Assembly (NCBI GenBank): GCA_044226015.1
Contig: JBGAHS010000005.1
Coordinates: forward strand, 128,001 to 192,000
DNA: 64,000 nt
Origin: Candidatus Obscuribacteraceae bacterium
GTDB taxonomy: Bacteria; Cyanobacteriota; Vampirovibrionia; Obscuribacterales; Obscuribacteraceae
Reading direction: 5' to 3'
Part shown: piece after piece, positions 37,856 to 47,719 of the stretch
Layout: every line of letters starts with the position of its first letter
How positions within the stretch are numbered: position 1 is the stretch's first letter
Notes under the pieces: model-generated
What the model saw: the letters and a program-made list of their open reading frames with translations, nothing else
Databases searched by the model: none
Told to the model about the DNA's origin: nothing
Position numbers and translations under genes: made by a program

Positions 37856-38140
37856 CGTACATAATAGTCCACAAAATTGACCCGATTAAACGAAGAAATT
37901 GCCCTGGAATGTCACTTTTAATATTCCTTCTTTATCCTACATTGGCTTAATCAGTCTTCTGGCTCCACGAGCAATGGCACTGCAAGTAACGTCCCATCAT
38001 AGGCCTGTTAAGAGTCCGCGCTTACTGGAGATATTGCTCCTGAAGTGAAGATGTCACTCTCGGGTCATTCAGCTCCCTTATCTTCTTCTCATCAGATGTT
38101 TCTTGAAACATGTGAGGGCACAAAAGACGAGGGATGCGCG

Positions 38141-39139
38141 ATGTCAGAAACGAATTTCAAGCATGATGAATTGGAACTTTCCACGAATTCAAACGACAAC
38201 ACAACGGCCAGTTTGTTCAATAGTATTGCAAATGATTTGAATGGAAATCATCAAGTTCAGAGACGAGAAGGACCTGATGGGTCCAATTCACTCATTCCTC
38301 AGCTGGATTTGTTCGCGAAAAGAGACGCCGACTCTGCACAAAAAATTAGCGCTGATCTTCCTTCTCCCGCTCAAATTGCCGTGGAAGCCTCTACTGCTGG
38401 TGCCGTGGCTGGTGCGCAAATAGCTAACGGTCTTGCACAGATAGGTAAGCTTGTGACTTCGGGTGCAAGAGAAAGCGGGAAGCTGTTGAATGAGACAGTG
38501 CGTGGTGCGGGGCTAGATGCGCAGAGACTGGGCAACGTAGTGAAAGATGGAGCAAAAGAAAGCGGGAAGCTGTTGAATGAGACAGTGCGTGGTGCGGGGC
38601 TAGATGCGCAGAGACTGGGCAACGTAGTGAAAGATGGAGCAAAAGAAGGCGGGAAGCTGTTGAATGAGACAGTCAGAAGCGCAGAATTAGATGCGAAGAG
38701 AATGGGTAACGCCGTGAAAGATGGAGTGAAGGAAGCTGAGAAGCTCGTGGATGGCACTGTACGTGGTGCAAAGGCAGGAGTGCCCCTGGTAGAGCAACTA
38801 GCAAGGGAACAACTAAAAGACGCCTTTAAGAGTGCTGACGAACTTGCAAAGGGAGCGGGGATAGATACTACTCCTGCCAAAGTGGGTGCGGCAGCAGGAG
38901 TCAAAGTATTGGATGGTGCAGCCAAAGCTGCAGCTAACAAATTTGATAAAGCCGCTGAGGATGCCAGAAAGGCTGCTGACGAAGCTGCCAGGAAGCTAGA
39001 AGAACTCTCGCGCAGAGCTGAACTAGAAGCTAAAAACGCAGTCAAACAAGCTGAGCCTGTGGTGAAGTTTGGTATGGTGGGCGTCGGAACGAAGGTATTG
39101 GTTGATTTCCTTCTTCCAAACAATAATCCAAAGAAATAG
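38141..39139 (+). CDS. Ala/Lys-rich helical protein with 29-aa tandem repeats
   Basis: ATG 38141 after GAGGG; about 3.5 copies of GAKESGKLLNETVRGAGLDAQRLGNVVKD. Confidence 0.8.
   Translation: MSETNFKHDELELSTNSNDNTTASLFNSIANDLNGNHQVQRREGPDGSNSLIPQLDLFAKRDADSAQKISADLPSPAQIAVEASTAGAVAGAQIANGLAQIGKLVTSGARESGKLLNETVRGAGLDAQRLGNVVKDGAKESGKLLNETVRGAGLDAQRLGNVVKDGAKEGGKLLNETVRSAELDAKRMGNAVKDGVKEAEKLVDGTVRGAKAGVPLVEQLAREQLKDAFKSADELAKGAGIDTTPAKVGAAAGVKVLDGAAKAAANKFDKAAEDARKAADEAARKLEELSRRAELEAKNAVKQAEPVVKFGMVGVGTKVLVDFLLPNNNPKK
38462..38773 (+). repeat. 87-bp intragenic tandem repeat (~3.5 copies)
   Basis: Units start at 38462, 38549, 38636 and 38723; the first two are nearly identical in DNA. Confidence 0.9.
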
Positions 39140-39174
39140 TTTTCCCTGCCCTGGTGCCCAGAGGGCTGACGGCA

Positions 39175-39199
39175 AGATAAGGTAACCGTGACCTTATCT
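39175..39199. terminator. Hairpin between convergent genes
   Basis: AGATAAGGT-7 nt-ACCTTATCT; no clear U-tract. Confidence 0.35.
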
Positions 39200-39235
39200 G
39201 CCCTCAGTCCTCTTCTAATTTCTAATTGAGGAGGT

Positions 39236-40690
39236 CTAAATCTCGAACCAGAAAATGGAACCTTCACCTTGCTTTGATGTCACACCTATGATGCCACCAT
39301 GAGCTTCTACAAGTGACTTGCAAATGAAAAGACCCAGTCCGCTTCCCTGTCGTTTCACCTGACTTTCCTGGTCTAGCTGTTTGAACTTTTCAAAAACATG
39401 TTTTTGTTCTTCTTCAGAAAGTCCTTTGCCATGGTCTTCAACTTCGAAGCGAGTTCTCTTTGTTGCAGTTTGACTGCTAGCTTTCAGTTCTATCTTCGAT
39501 TTTCTTGGCGAGAATTTAATTGCATTTGAAATCAAATTTACCAGGACTTGAACCATTCTATCGGCATCGCAAGAGAATGACAGCTGGTCTGCTGCCGATA
39601 GCTCAAGCTGTATCTGTTTTGCATCAGCAAGTCCGCGCACCGAGTCTAGTGCTTGAGTCAATAGTTCCATTGCCGTAATCTCTCTCAAGTTTAGCTCCAG
39701 AGAGCCACTCTCGAGCCTCTCCATGTCCAGAAGATCATTTGCAAGCCGAACCAAGCGATTGATTTCGGACTCTACTCGCATTAATGTCGTATCTACTTTT
39801 TGAGGAATTTCTCCGTAGGTACTGTCACGGCATACCTGCACCATTCCCAGCAATGATGTGAGTGGTGCTCGAATGTCGTGACTTACCATTGCTTGAATAT
39901 TCTTTTTTATTTCGTCAGCAGATTCGCGTTGCGCAGCCATTTCGGAAAATACGGTATCAAGTTCAGCCAGTTCATCATTTCCACCTAATGGTGTCTTTTC
40001 GATCTTTCCCACTGAGAAATTGCGGATTTTAAAAATCAATTTGTCCATTCGCTTTACGGTTGTTCTGCCGAACATCCAGGCTAAAGTTGCGGTTATTGCA
40101 ATATTGAACACCACACCGCCTACCAGAAATGTTCTCAATGCTTTGCGTCTTTCCAACTCCGCTGGCATCATTTCTTTTACCAGTGGAATGTAGATATCAT
40201 TTATGGCTGCTATATCGGAAGTAAGCCTTTTTGAGTAAACTGCTAACTCTTCGAAAAACTCCCCCTGGTCGAGGTAAGACTTAAATTTTGGAACGGTGTC
40301 TTTTGAAAGGAAGCTCTTCTGTCCTTCATCGCAAAGTTCTTGAATGTGAGCGATTGAGTCCAGGTAGTGTTCAATAGCAGGCTTAGCTTTTGTATCAGAG
40401 GCAGTCAGAGTCTTTAAAGCCTCAACCTTCTCTTTCATAAGAGCCTTGCCGCGGTCGAGTACGGGAATATACTCTTTTGATTCAGCCATGCGCATAGAGG
40501 TGAGGACTAAATAGTTGGCGAACAACCCCATTCGCATTTCATCGCATGATGCCAGAACTTTTTTTGCATGACCTTCCACAGCCGCTGCTTTTTCAAGGTT
40601 CGCATTAGCAGCCACAAGAATCCATACGAATAGCAGTTGACAAACTAGTGGAAGTCCTGTAAGAACTAGACTCTGGTTGCGTAACTTCAT
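39236..40690 (-). CDS. Conventional sensor histidine kinase (TM-sensor-TM-HAMP-HisKA-HATPase)
   Basis: SHDIRAPL, NAIKFS, DHGKG and GSGLGL are all intact. Confidence 0.95.
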   Translation of the reverse strand: MKLRNQSLVLTGLPLVCQLLFVWILVAANANLEKAAAVEGHAKKVLASCDEMRMGLFANYLVLTSMRMAESKEYIPVLDRGKALMKEKVEALKTLTASDTKAKPAIEHYLDSIAHIQELCDEGQKSFLSKDTVPKFKSYLDQGEFFEELAVYSKRLTSDIAAINDIYIPLVKEMMPAELERRKALRTFLVGGVVFNIAITATLAWMFGRTTVKRMDKLIFKIRNFSVGKIEKTPLGGNDELAELDTVFSEMAAQRESADEIKKNIQAMVSHDIRAPLTSLLGMVQVCRDSTYGEIPQKVDTTLMRVESEINRLVRLANDLLDMERLESGSLELNLREITAMELLTQALDSVRGLADAKQIQLELSAADQLSFSCDADRMVQVLVNLISNAIKFSPRKSKIELKASSQTATKRTRFEVEDHGKGLSEEEQKHVFEKFKQLDQESQVKRQGSGLGLFICKSLVEAHGGIIGVTSKQGEGSIFWFEI

Positions 40691-40750
40691 TTTAATCGAT
40701 GACTTAGTAACCTGTATATTCTAACCATTGTTTCTCCGCGAATAAAGAAG

Positions 40751-41473
40751 ATGGCTAAAATCCTGGTTGTAGAAGATGACCCCTTAATTTCCCAATCATT
40801 GGTCGATTGGCTTGAGGGAGAACATCATACTGTTGAATTAGCTGAGGACGGAAAAGAAGCGCAAGATTTGCTGAAATTTTACCCGTATGACCTTGTGATA
40901 CTTGATTGGCAGTTGCCGAGTCTTTCTGGCATCGAGGTTTGTCGAAACTTCCGAAGCGGCGGTGGCAAGATTCCGATTTTGATGTTGACTTCACAAGGAA
41001 ATATCGAGCATAAGGAATTAGGCTTTGATTCCGGCGCTGACGATTATTTGACGAAGCCGTTCCAGTTGCGAGAACTTGCTGCAAGAATCAGAGCTTTGTT
41101 GCGTCGTCCTTTTGATATGGTCCAGACAATTGGAGGCAACGCCAATAGTGAAGTCGCTCTTGACCCTAAAGACTTTAGTCTGGTGCTAAAAGGAAGCAAG
41201 AGAATTGTTCTTCAACCTAAAGAATTTGCCGTTCTTGAATTCCTGATGCGGCATCCTGAACAGTTTTATTCGACCGAACAGTTGTTGAACCAGGTCTGGA
41301 AGTCTGATTCAGAATCAAGTGTTGGTGCCCTCAGAGCTTGTGTTAAACGTTTGCGCAAACGTATTGGCGCTGATTGCCCGGGGCTAGTTGAAAGTGCCAG
41401 AACTTATGGTTATAGGGTAGTTCTTGGACCAGGGATTTGGACGCAGAACTCGGGCTCTGAGGATGATGAATAG
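40751..41473 (+). CDS. OmpR/PhoB-family response regulator
   Basis: VVEDD, ILDW phospho-Asp, YLTKPF, winged-helix C-terminus; divergent from the HK. Confidence 0.95.
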   Translation: MAKILVVEDDPLISQSLVDWLEGEHHTVELAEDGKEAQDLLKFYPYDLVILDWQLPSLSGIEVCRNFRSGGGKIPILMLTSQGNIEHKELGFDSGADDYLTKPFQLRELAARIRALLRRPFDMVQTIGGNANSEVALDPKDFSLVLKGSKRIVLQPKEFAVLEFLMRHPEQFYSTEQLLNQVWKSDSESSVGALRACVKRLRKRIGADCPGLVESARTYGYRVVLGPGIWTQNSGSEDDE

Positions 41474-42372
41474 TGTATTTGCGATGGCTCGTCGCAGTAT
41501 TAATAATCCAGTGTTGCTGGTCGGCGCCGTTTGTTGAAGCGTTGGAAGCAAATGCTGAATCACAGTACGGAAAGCTCTCAAAGAGTGCTGCGGCGCACTT
41601 GCAAAAGGAAGAGTTTGCTGCCGCCGCTGCTGATTACCGTCAAGCTATTTCGATAGCAATTAGCGGACATTTAGCTAATAGTGCTGTACTTAATACCAAA
41701 CTTCTTCTTGTACATTGCTTGTCGAACTTGAAATTATATGACGATGCGTTGCGAGAGTTGAAAGAGGTCGAGCTTGCGTTAGATAACCAGTGTGAACCAT
41801 ATCTGGAAGCAAACCCAGCCATGCGCTTGCGCTTACAACGCCGTAAAGTTGAAATGTATTTATTGATGGGGAATTCGAAATCTGCAGCGCTTGAGCAGCG
41901 AAAGCTATGTGATATTTACGCAAAACACATCGGTAAATTAGTTTTGAATTATTTTGGACATCTAACAACTCTTCAACGTCTAGAAAGAGAAGCTGGCAAC
42001 GATGATGATGCTTTGAAAACTGGACTGGAGAACGAAAAGCTAATGCAGCGATTTCATCTGGCAAGAAACTCAGCGCAGTGGTTCTTTCTTTATATCGAAC
42101 TCGGTAAGGTTTCATTCAACAAAAATCAGTTTGAGCAGGCGTCGAAGTTTTTCAAAAGTGGGCTTAGCTTTGTAACTAATGAAGACCCGCCATTCGTGGC
42201 ACATCTTTCCTCATCTCTTGCTGTTTGCGCCAGGTCGATGCATGACGATGCTACAGAGAAGTTCGCTCTGAGAAAGTTGAGAGAAGCTTTTCCTGAGAAG
42301 CAGAAACAAGACGCATGGCTCACTCGAGCAAACCTTGAATTGAAAACGCATTACACATTTGTCACTGACTAG
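41473..42372 (+). CDS. Exported TPR-like protein
   Basis: GTG start sharing one base with the upstream stop; signal-like N-terminus; helical TPR-like repeats. Confidence 0.7.
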   Translation: MYLRWLVAVLIIQCCWSAPFVEALEANAESQYGKLSKSAAAHLQKEEFAAAAADYRQAISIAISGHLANSAVLNTKLLLVHCLSNLKLYDDALRELKEVELALDNQCEPYLEANPAMRLRLQRRKVEMYLLMGNSKSAALEQRKLCDIYAKHIGKLVLNYFGHLTTLQRLEREAGNDDDALKTGLENEKLMQRFHLARNSAQWFFLYIELGKVSFNKNQFEQASKFFKSGLSFVTNEDPPFVAHLSSSLAVCARSMHDDATEKFALRKLREAFPEKQKQDAWLTRANLELKTHYTFVTD

Positions 42373-42387
42373 AATAGAACATAGATA

Positions 42388-42423
42388 GCTGATACCGGCA
42401 TAGGAAGTATGTCCGGTATCAGC
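42388..42423. terminator. Long hairpin between convergent genes
   Basis: GCTGATACCGG...CCGGTATCAGC perfect 11-bp arms with an inner CATA/TATG stem. Confidence 0.55.
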
Positions 42424-42491
42424 ATTACAGTTGTGTCACACGGTTGAGGGCGTGCGGTGAATCGTCTTTCCAGGCGATGAGCACTTTCTGA

Positions 42492-43508
42492 CTAGAATCC
42501 CTCACGTTGTCTTTTTCGATTTGCCTTGTGAATGACTTTCCATTTCTGTTTCTCTTTATTTGCGAGCAGTCGGTCATTACTGCGCGCTTCAAACGCTGCC
42601 TCCTTTTCCAGTTTGAACCAGTTTTGAAGTCGAGAGCCGTCTACGGTTTCTTTAACTGCGCATCCTGGCTCGCTGATGTGTCGACAGTCTCGAAATTTGC
42701 AATATTCCGAAAGCTCGACAATTTCTGAAAATGCTTTTTGAACACCTTCCTCCACATCGGCTAAGGCAAATTGCCTCATGCCAGGTGTGTCGATTACAGA
42801 AGTACCATCAGCTAGTTGAAACAAACAACGTCTGGTTGTGGTGTGTCGTCCACGTTGATCGGACTCTCTTATCTCTGAGACTGCAAGAACGTTCTCACCG
42901 ATTAGAGAATTTATCAATGTCGATTTGCCAACACCGCTTGAGCCCACAAAGGAAAGTGTCTGTTCTTTTCCCCGATAAACATTCAGTTGTTCAATACTAT
43001 TTTGATTGAATGCTGATATACAGTGTACCGGAGTCTGCTTAACAGCATCGTTTAGCTGCTCTAAAAGTGAGTCTTGGTTTTCACAAAGATCCATCTTGCT
43101 GAGAATAACGGCTGTGGGAATATCGTAAGCTGCAGTTGCCACCAAATAGCGCTCAAGCCTTCGCAGGTTGAAGTCTCTATTGACTGACATAACGATGAAG
43201 AGTCTATCGATATTTGCGGCAATAGCCTGCATCTCGTGACTCTCTCCTACGGCACGCCTTGCCATCAAGTTCTTTCTTGGAAGCAAGCTGTGAATCAACG
43301 CAAAGTCTGTTGATCTTGTGATTCTTACGTAATCACCGACCACAGGAAAGTCTGAGTAGCTTTCAGAAGAGTGTCGAAATTTTCCACTAAGTTCTGCTCG
43401 CAGTTCCTCATGATTTGTTCGAATCATGAATGAATCACGATCTTGCGTGATAATTCTCGCGCAAGAGTACGGCGCTACAACGAGCGCCTCTAATTGTTTT
43501 GAAATCAT
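42492..43508 (-). CDS. rsgA: Ribosome small subunit-dependent GTPase A
   Basis: OB fold (PVVGD), SKMD, GSSGVGKS, GRHTT, DTPG, CKFRDCRHISEPGC Zn finger; ATG 43508 after AAGGA. Confidence 0.95.
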   Translation of the reverse strand: MISKQLEALVVAPYSCARIITQDRDSFMIRTNHEELRAELSGKFRHSSESYSDFPVVGDYVRITRSTDFALIHSLLPRKNLMARRAVGESHEMQAIAANIDRLFIVMSVNRDFNLRRLERYLVATAAYDIPTAVILSKMDLCENQDSLLEQLNDAVKQTPVHCISAFNQNSIEQLNVYRGKEQTLSFVGSSGVGKSTLINSLIGENVLAVSEIRESDQRGRHTTTRRCLFQLADGTSVIDTPGMRQFALADVEEGVQKAFSEIVELSEYCKFRDCRHISEPGCAVKETVDGSRLQNWFKLEKEAAFEARSNDRLLANKEKQKWKVIHKANRKRQREGF

Positions 43509-43533
43509 TGGAGTTTGTCCTTGAGTTGCTGTG

Positions 43534-43583
43534 AAAAAGTACCGACCAAACAGGTCGGGAGAGCCACCATCCTGGCGGCTTTT
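43534..43583 (-). terminator. Tandem hairpins plus U-tract in the rsgA leader (attenuator-like)
   Basis: AGCCGCCA-GGA-UGGUGGCU, then CCGACC-UGUUU-GGUCGG-UAC-UUUUU. Confidence 0.55.
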
Positions 43584-43666
43584 ACTTCGCTCCACCGGAA
43601 AAATCTGTGTGGATGCGGTGCACAGCCTCTGTCGAAGCTTAGCTCACATATATTGTTTTGAAAGCT

Positions 43667-43732
43667 TTAGCCCTGAGCGACAATAAGGCGCGTACCAGCG
43701 AAGCATCCGCCAAATGAAACACTCTCATTCAT
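43667..43732 (-). CDS. Putative 21-aa leader peptide MNESVSFGGCFAGTRLIVAQG
   Basis: Perfect AAGGAGG 8 nt before the ATG; upstream of rsgA; below the ORF-track size cutoff. Confidence 0.6.
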   Translation of the reverse strand: MNESVSFGGCFAGTRLIVAQG

Positions 43733-43886
43733 AATTCGCGCCTCCTTTTTTGCTCGAAGATATAAGTTTGAGTCTAACCTGAACAATTCGATTCAGTCAA
43801 GTTTGATCTTTTGAAATTTGAAACAAAAGAAACCTGAAATAGATGGAACTTCTAGAATAACTGAATGCGATCACTCATCGATTTAT

Positions 43887-46736
43887 CTAGCTTTGAGGAA
43901 TTGCGGGCTTAAAGTCTTCCGTCGGTAGCAGTTTCATGTCTGGGCCCTCTTCAATGAATCCGTGCTTTTCCGCTTCGTCGAAGTCTGCTTTGGAATCGAA
44001 AATTTGGCTTTTCATATAATGAGAGCTATTGCCTCTATTGGCGACTAGTTTCTTCAAAAACTCACTCCATTGAGGTTCCAATTCTCCAACAGGTTTTCCA
44101 TATACCGCTTCTAATAAGGAGTTCGCTTTACCTAGTCCATTCAAGCGAGCAACTTCTAGATAAGGCTTAAATTTGTTGTCTTCATTCAGGAAGAATGAAA
44201 CAAGTCCGACCTCAGCTTCGTGATTAGTCACGTCTTTTTCATGGAGAATAGCGTCCAATTTTACTTTTGGAAGTTCATCGGTAAGCACTCTGCTTCTTGT
44301 AGGACTAATGAATCCTAATTTTAGTACAAGTTTGTCATTATCGTAATATCCAAAAATCTGTTCGAAAAATACTGAGACTCCCTCTCGCGCCCATCTATCT
44401 AGGACGGTCATGTTGTCGAAGACAACCTTGTGCATTATCTCATGGGCAAATACTTCAATTCCGTCCTCGTCACCAAATACGATGGCATTAGGTCCTGAAA
44501 AGAATGCCGCCCTGGCCTCGTGTTCCTCGGGAAAATGATGAAAAACGAAGTCCAAGAAGTCCTTATGATTCTCAACTATATAAACTCTGGTGAGGGGCGC
44601 GTTTTTTAGCTTGATGAAGTCTCTGTCAATGAAGTCAAGGAATGATTCCGCGAACTTTGCGTAGTATAGAATTCTCGGCTCCGGGCGATTTGATAGGAAG
44701 AGGAATCGCTTTGTCGCAAACTGATGTTTAAACAATCCATCAAGCATTTGTGCTTTTGGATCTGACTTCGCTATGTAATCGCCGGCGGCTTTCACCATTA
44801 CGCTTGAGTCTGTGGCTTTGCTCGCAATCGCAAGCATCGATTCGCTTTCCTTTGAGACTTTGCTAATCGCTGACCGCAAGCTGCTATCCATGCTCGGGCT
44901 ATTTCCCGCATTTGCCAAAACGCTTTTGCATTTTTCAATGGCTTCTTTGTATTTTCCCATGTGCATCAATGCATCAGCTTGCAATCCCTGCGAAATGCAA
45001 TGAAGTTCGCTCCATTTTCCTGTTGTCTCTGTGGCGCATAGTTTTGCAACGGCATCACAATCGGTGATTGCTGCGCTATAGTTGGCAGAATGTTTTGCCA
45101 CCAACGCTCGCAAATAAAGGGCTTCCTGATTGTTAGCAGAAATTCGAAGAATTGCGTCCAAATATTGTTTGGCCACATCATTGTTAGACATCTGAAAGTT
45201 AGCTACTGCAGCTCCCATGAGAGCCTTGATGTCAGTTTTGTCTGCTTTAATGAGTCTGGCAAAATCAGTATAAGCATGATTGTAATCATGCTTGAGCATA
45301 TAGGCTTGTGCTCTTAGATAGATGAAACGATCGTCGGATGGATTTGATTTTATCGCCAGGTTTATTTGTTCAAGAGCTTGTTTATCATCCTTTTTATTCA
45401 TACTGACGGCGGCTAGTCCGTAATGAGCTGTCGAGTAATCTGTGTCAAGTTCTAAAGCCTTTTTGAAATCGTTTGAGGCTTCATCGAGTTTTGACATATG
45501 CAATAAAATAAATCCGCGAAAAACATAGTCTCTGGCAGTCGCTTTGTTATTCACCAGTTGGTCGCAGTCGGCTAGTGCTTCTGTGAATTTCTTGTTTTTA
45601 TAATGCATACCTGCGCTGACGCGCATGGCAAATTTATTCGTGGGATCAAGCTTGCGAACACTGCTTATGTCGGAAAGAGCAAGCGCCTCGTTTCCTTGAA
45701 TGATATAGATGGCCGCTCGGGTTAAGTAGAAATCGGGCTCTTTTCTATATGAAAGGGCGGTACTTATATCTGAAAGGGCGCCTTTAAAGTCTTTGTCGAA
45801 TGATGCTTTCAATAAGGCTCTGTCCGCATAAGCTGCCGGAAACCTGGGGGAGTCTTGCAGTACTTTCTCAAAATACCAACCTGCTGTCGACCACCTCGTT
45901 TGAGCCAGGGCGAAGTGTCCACGAACGAAATTGTCGATAAGTGTTCTTTCTTTGGGGAATTGCAGTATCAGTTTTTCAGCTTCAGTAAGTTTGTCTTCTT
46001 TGAAAAGCTTGTATGCCGTAACCGCTTCTGCCAGCCCTTTGTACTTGGAGTCTTTGGCAGCAGCGGTTTGGAAGTCGCTGATTGCGAGGGTGAGCTGGTT
46101 GGAGAAAAAGTAGAGCGTGCCGCGTTCTACGTAGGTCTCTCCTTTTCCGTCAAGATTAATAGCCGCGCCCATGTCCGCGATAGCTGACTTTTCCTCACCT
46201 GCAAGAAATTTGACCTTAGCCCTTCGTTCATAGTAGTGCGCAAAACGGGGCGTCAATTCTATGGCGTGAGTTAGGTCTGCGATCGCGAGGTCATATTTTT
46301 TTTGTACCTCATATAAGCTTGCGCGATATCCAAACACGGTGTCATCAGTTTTTGAATATTCAAGAGAATGTGTCAGTAGCGCTATTGCTGCTGCTGCGTC
46401 TTTGTCGCGCTCCCACTTTATTCTGCCTAAATCTGCAATTGGTGGTGCAAACTGAGGAAAGTAGAGAATTGCTTTGCGATAATGCAACTCTGCTGCATCG
46501 TATTGTTTTCTCTTGAAATTGATTTCTCCAATAACATAGTACGCTGGTGCCAGTTTCGGATTTATTTGGAGAGCTTGATTAGCTAATGCAGCTGCCTCTT
46601 CGAACTGACCCTTATTTACCAGACCGAAGGCTCTCAATGCCAATTCAGATCCGGGCTCTTGAGCATTTGCTGCATTAAAATTGCCAGCGCAGTTAGCGAG
46701 CAACAGCAACGCTCCTAGAAATCTTTGCTTTATCAT
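43887..46736 (-). CDS. Exported multi-TPR protein with C-terminal gluzincin-type metallopeptidase domain
   Basis: Signal peptide from ATG 46736 (ATGA overlap); many TPRs; HEIMH...WAREG. Confidence 0.88.
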   Translation of the reverse strand: MIKQRFLGALLLLANCAGNFNAANAQEPGSELALRAFGLVNKGQFEEAAALANQALQINPKLAPAYYVIGEINFKRKQYDAAELHYRKAILYFPQFAPPIADLGRIKWERDKDAAAAIALLTHSLEYSKTDDTVFGYRASLYEVQKKYDLAIADLTHAIELTPRFAHYYERRAKVKFLAGEEKSAIADMGAAINLDGKGETYVERGTLYFFSNQLTLAISDFQTAAAKDSKYKGLAEAVTAYKLFKEDKLTEAEKLILQFPKERTLIDNFVRGHFALAQTRWSTAGWYFEKVLQDSPRFPAAYADRALLKASFDKDFKGALSDISTALSYRKEPDFYLTRAAIYIIQGNEALALSDISSVRKLDPTNKFAMRVSAGMHYKNKKFTEALADCDQLVNNKATARDYVFRGFILLHMSKLDEASNDFKKALELDTDYSTAHYGLAAVSMNKKDDKQALEQINLAIKSNPSDDRFIYLRAQAYMLKHDYNHAYTDFARLIKADKTDIKALMGAAVANFQMSNNDVAKQYLDAILRISANNQEALYLRALVAKHSANYSAAITDCDAVAKLCATETTGKWSELHCISQGLQADALMHMGKYKEAIEKCKSVLANAGNSPSMDSSLRSAISKVSKESESMLAIASKATDSSVMVKAAGDYIAKSDPKAQMLDGLFKHQFATKRFLFLSNRPEPRILYYAKFAESFLDFIDRDFIKLKNAPLTRVYIVENHKDFLDFVFHHFPEEHEARAAFFSGPNAIVFGDEDGIEVFAHEIMHKVVFDNMTVLDRWAREGVSVFFEQIFGYYDNDKLVLKLGFISPTRSRVLTDELPKVKLDAILHEKDVTNHEAEVGLVSFFLNEDNKFKPYLEVARLNGLGKANSLLEAVYGKPVGELEPQWSEFLKKLVANRGNSSHYMKSQIFDSKADFDEAEKHGFIEEGPDMKLLPTEDFKPAIPQS

Positions 46737-47569
46737 TGTGTTCCCGCTGAAGAAGTGAGTTTTGTATTCCAGGGAATCTTCAGCCATGGACTGTTTGGAT
46801 CAGTAAGAAGCTTCTTGTACGCCGCATTAATTGCTGCTTCCTGATCTGATTTGGGTTGCCAAAATTTGCGCCCAATCATGTAATTTTCGCCGAGTTCCTT
46901 CCATGATGGAAATGAATTCTGTAAAGATTGTGCTATTGGCATAATCTTTCCCCAAGCTTCATCCTGGCTGATGTAACTGCAGAGAGTGCCCCAGCGACAG
47001 AGTGAAATATATCGGCAGTAGTCGAAGGCAATGATTGAACGCATCCCCAGTCTGGGACCGTACTCTTTAGCGATTTTCAACTTTTCGCTTACGTCTTCGC
47101 CATACTCTTGTGCTAATCGCTGTGTTATCTCTGGCGACATCCCCGGTGTTTGAGCGATTTTTACAAATTCATCAAAGCTCTTTCGATGTCCATCAAGCAA
47201 AAGGGAATTGAGACGATTCAGCAAATCATTTCGAGAGTTTATATCCCACCCTTCGGCCAATGCTCGTTTCTCATGCCTGATGTTCTCTTCAGTTGCTGCT
47301 GCGGTCCAGAGAATATCGTGGGATTCCTGGTTCTTTTCGGTAAGAACTGCTGAACATGCCAGAGCCCATAGCTGAGATTGAGTCAAGGTTTTCGCTGAGC
47401 TAGCTTGTTTTTCCGCTTCGCGAGTTTTTGCTTGTTTGTCCGATGCTGCGCCAAGGTTGCTACGCACTTTTGAGCTAGCTGCGCCAGACTTCGTTTGCGC
47501 CAAAGTGCTTGTTGACGAAAGCGCAAAGGTCAGCATAAGCAAAATCATCGGGCGTATGTTCTTGAACAC
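46733..47569 (-). CDS. Exported DUF1266-like protein
   Basis: WDI.S...GH...AFDYCR...GENYMIGR.FW...SPW pattern recalled for DUF1266. Confidence 0.8.
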   Translation of the reverse strand: MFKNIRPMILLMLTFALSSTSTLAQTKSGAASSKVRSNLGAASDKQAKTREAEKQASSAKTLTQSQLWALACSAVLTEKNQESHDILWTAAATEENIRHEKRALAEGWDINSRNDLLNRLNSLLLDGHRKSFDEFVKIAQTPGMSPEITQRLAQEYGEDVSEKLKIAKEYGPRLGMRSIIAFDYCRYISLCRWGTLCSYISQDEAWGKIMPIAQSLQNSFPSWKELGENYMIGRKFWQPKSDQEAAINAAYKKLLTDPNSPWLKIPWNTKLTSSAGTQ

Positions 47570-47719
47570 TTCGCACCTCGGCTGGATAGATTCAATTGTA
47601 CATTATGGGCTGATGCAAATACAAAATGACTGTTGTAGTCTTTCTCCTGAATCTCGAAATTTGGGATTTGTCTGGTTTATTGAATCCATTTAGGGAAGAG
47701 ACGAGCTGGGGCTCAGATC

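Noticed and set aside
38371..39267. 298-aa minus-strand ORF
   Set aside because: Antisense shadow of the repeat-containing plus-strand gene
39236..41473. HK/OmpR pair as another degenerate system
   Set aside because: All catalytic motifs are intact; an ordinary two-component pair
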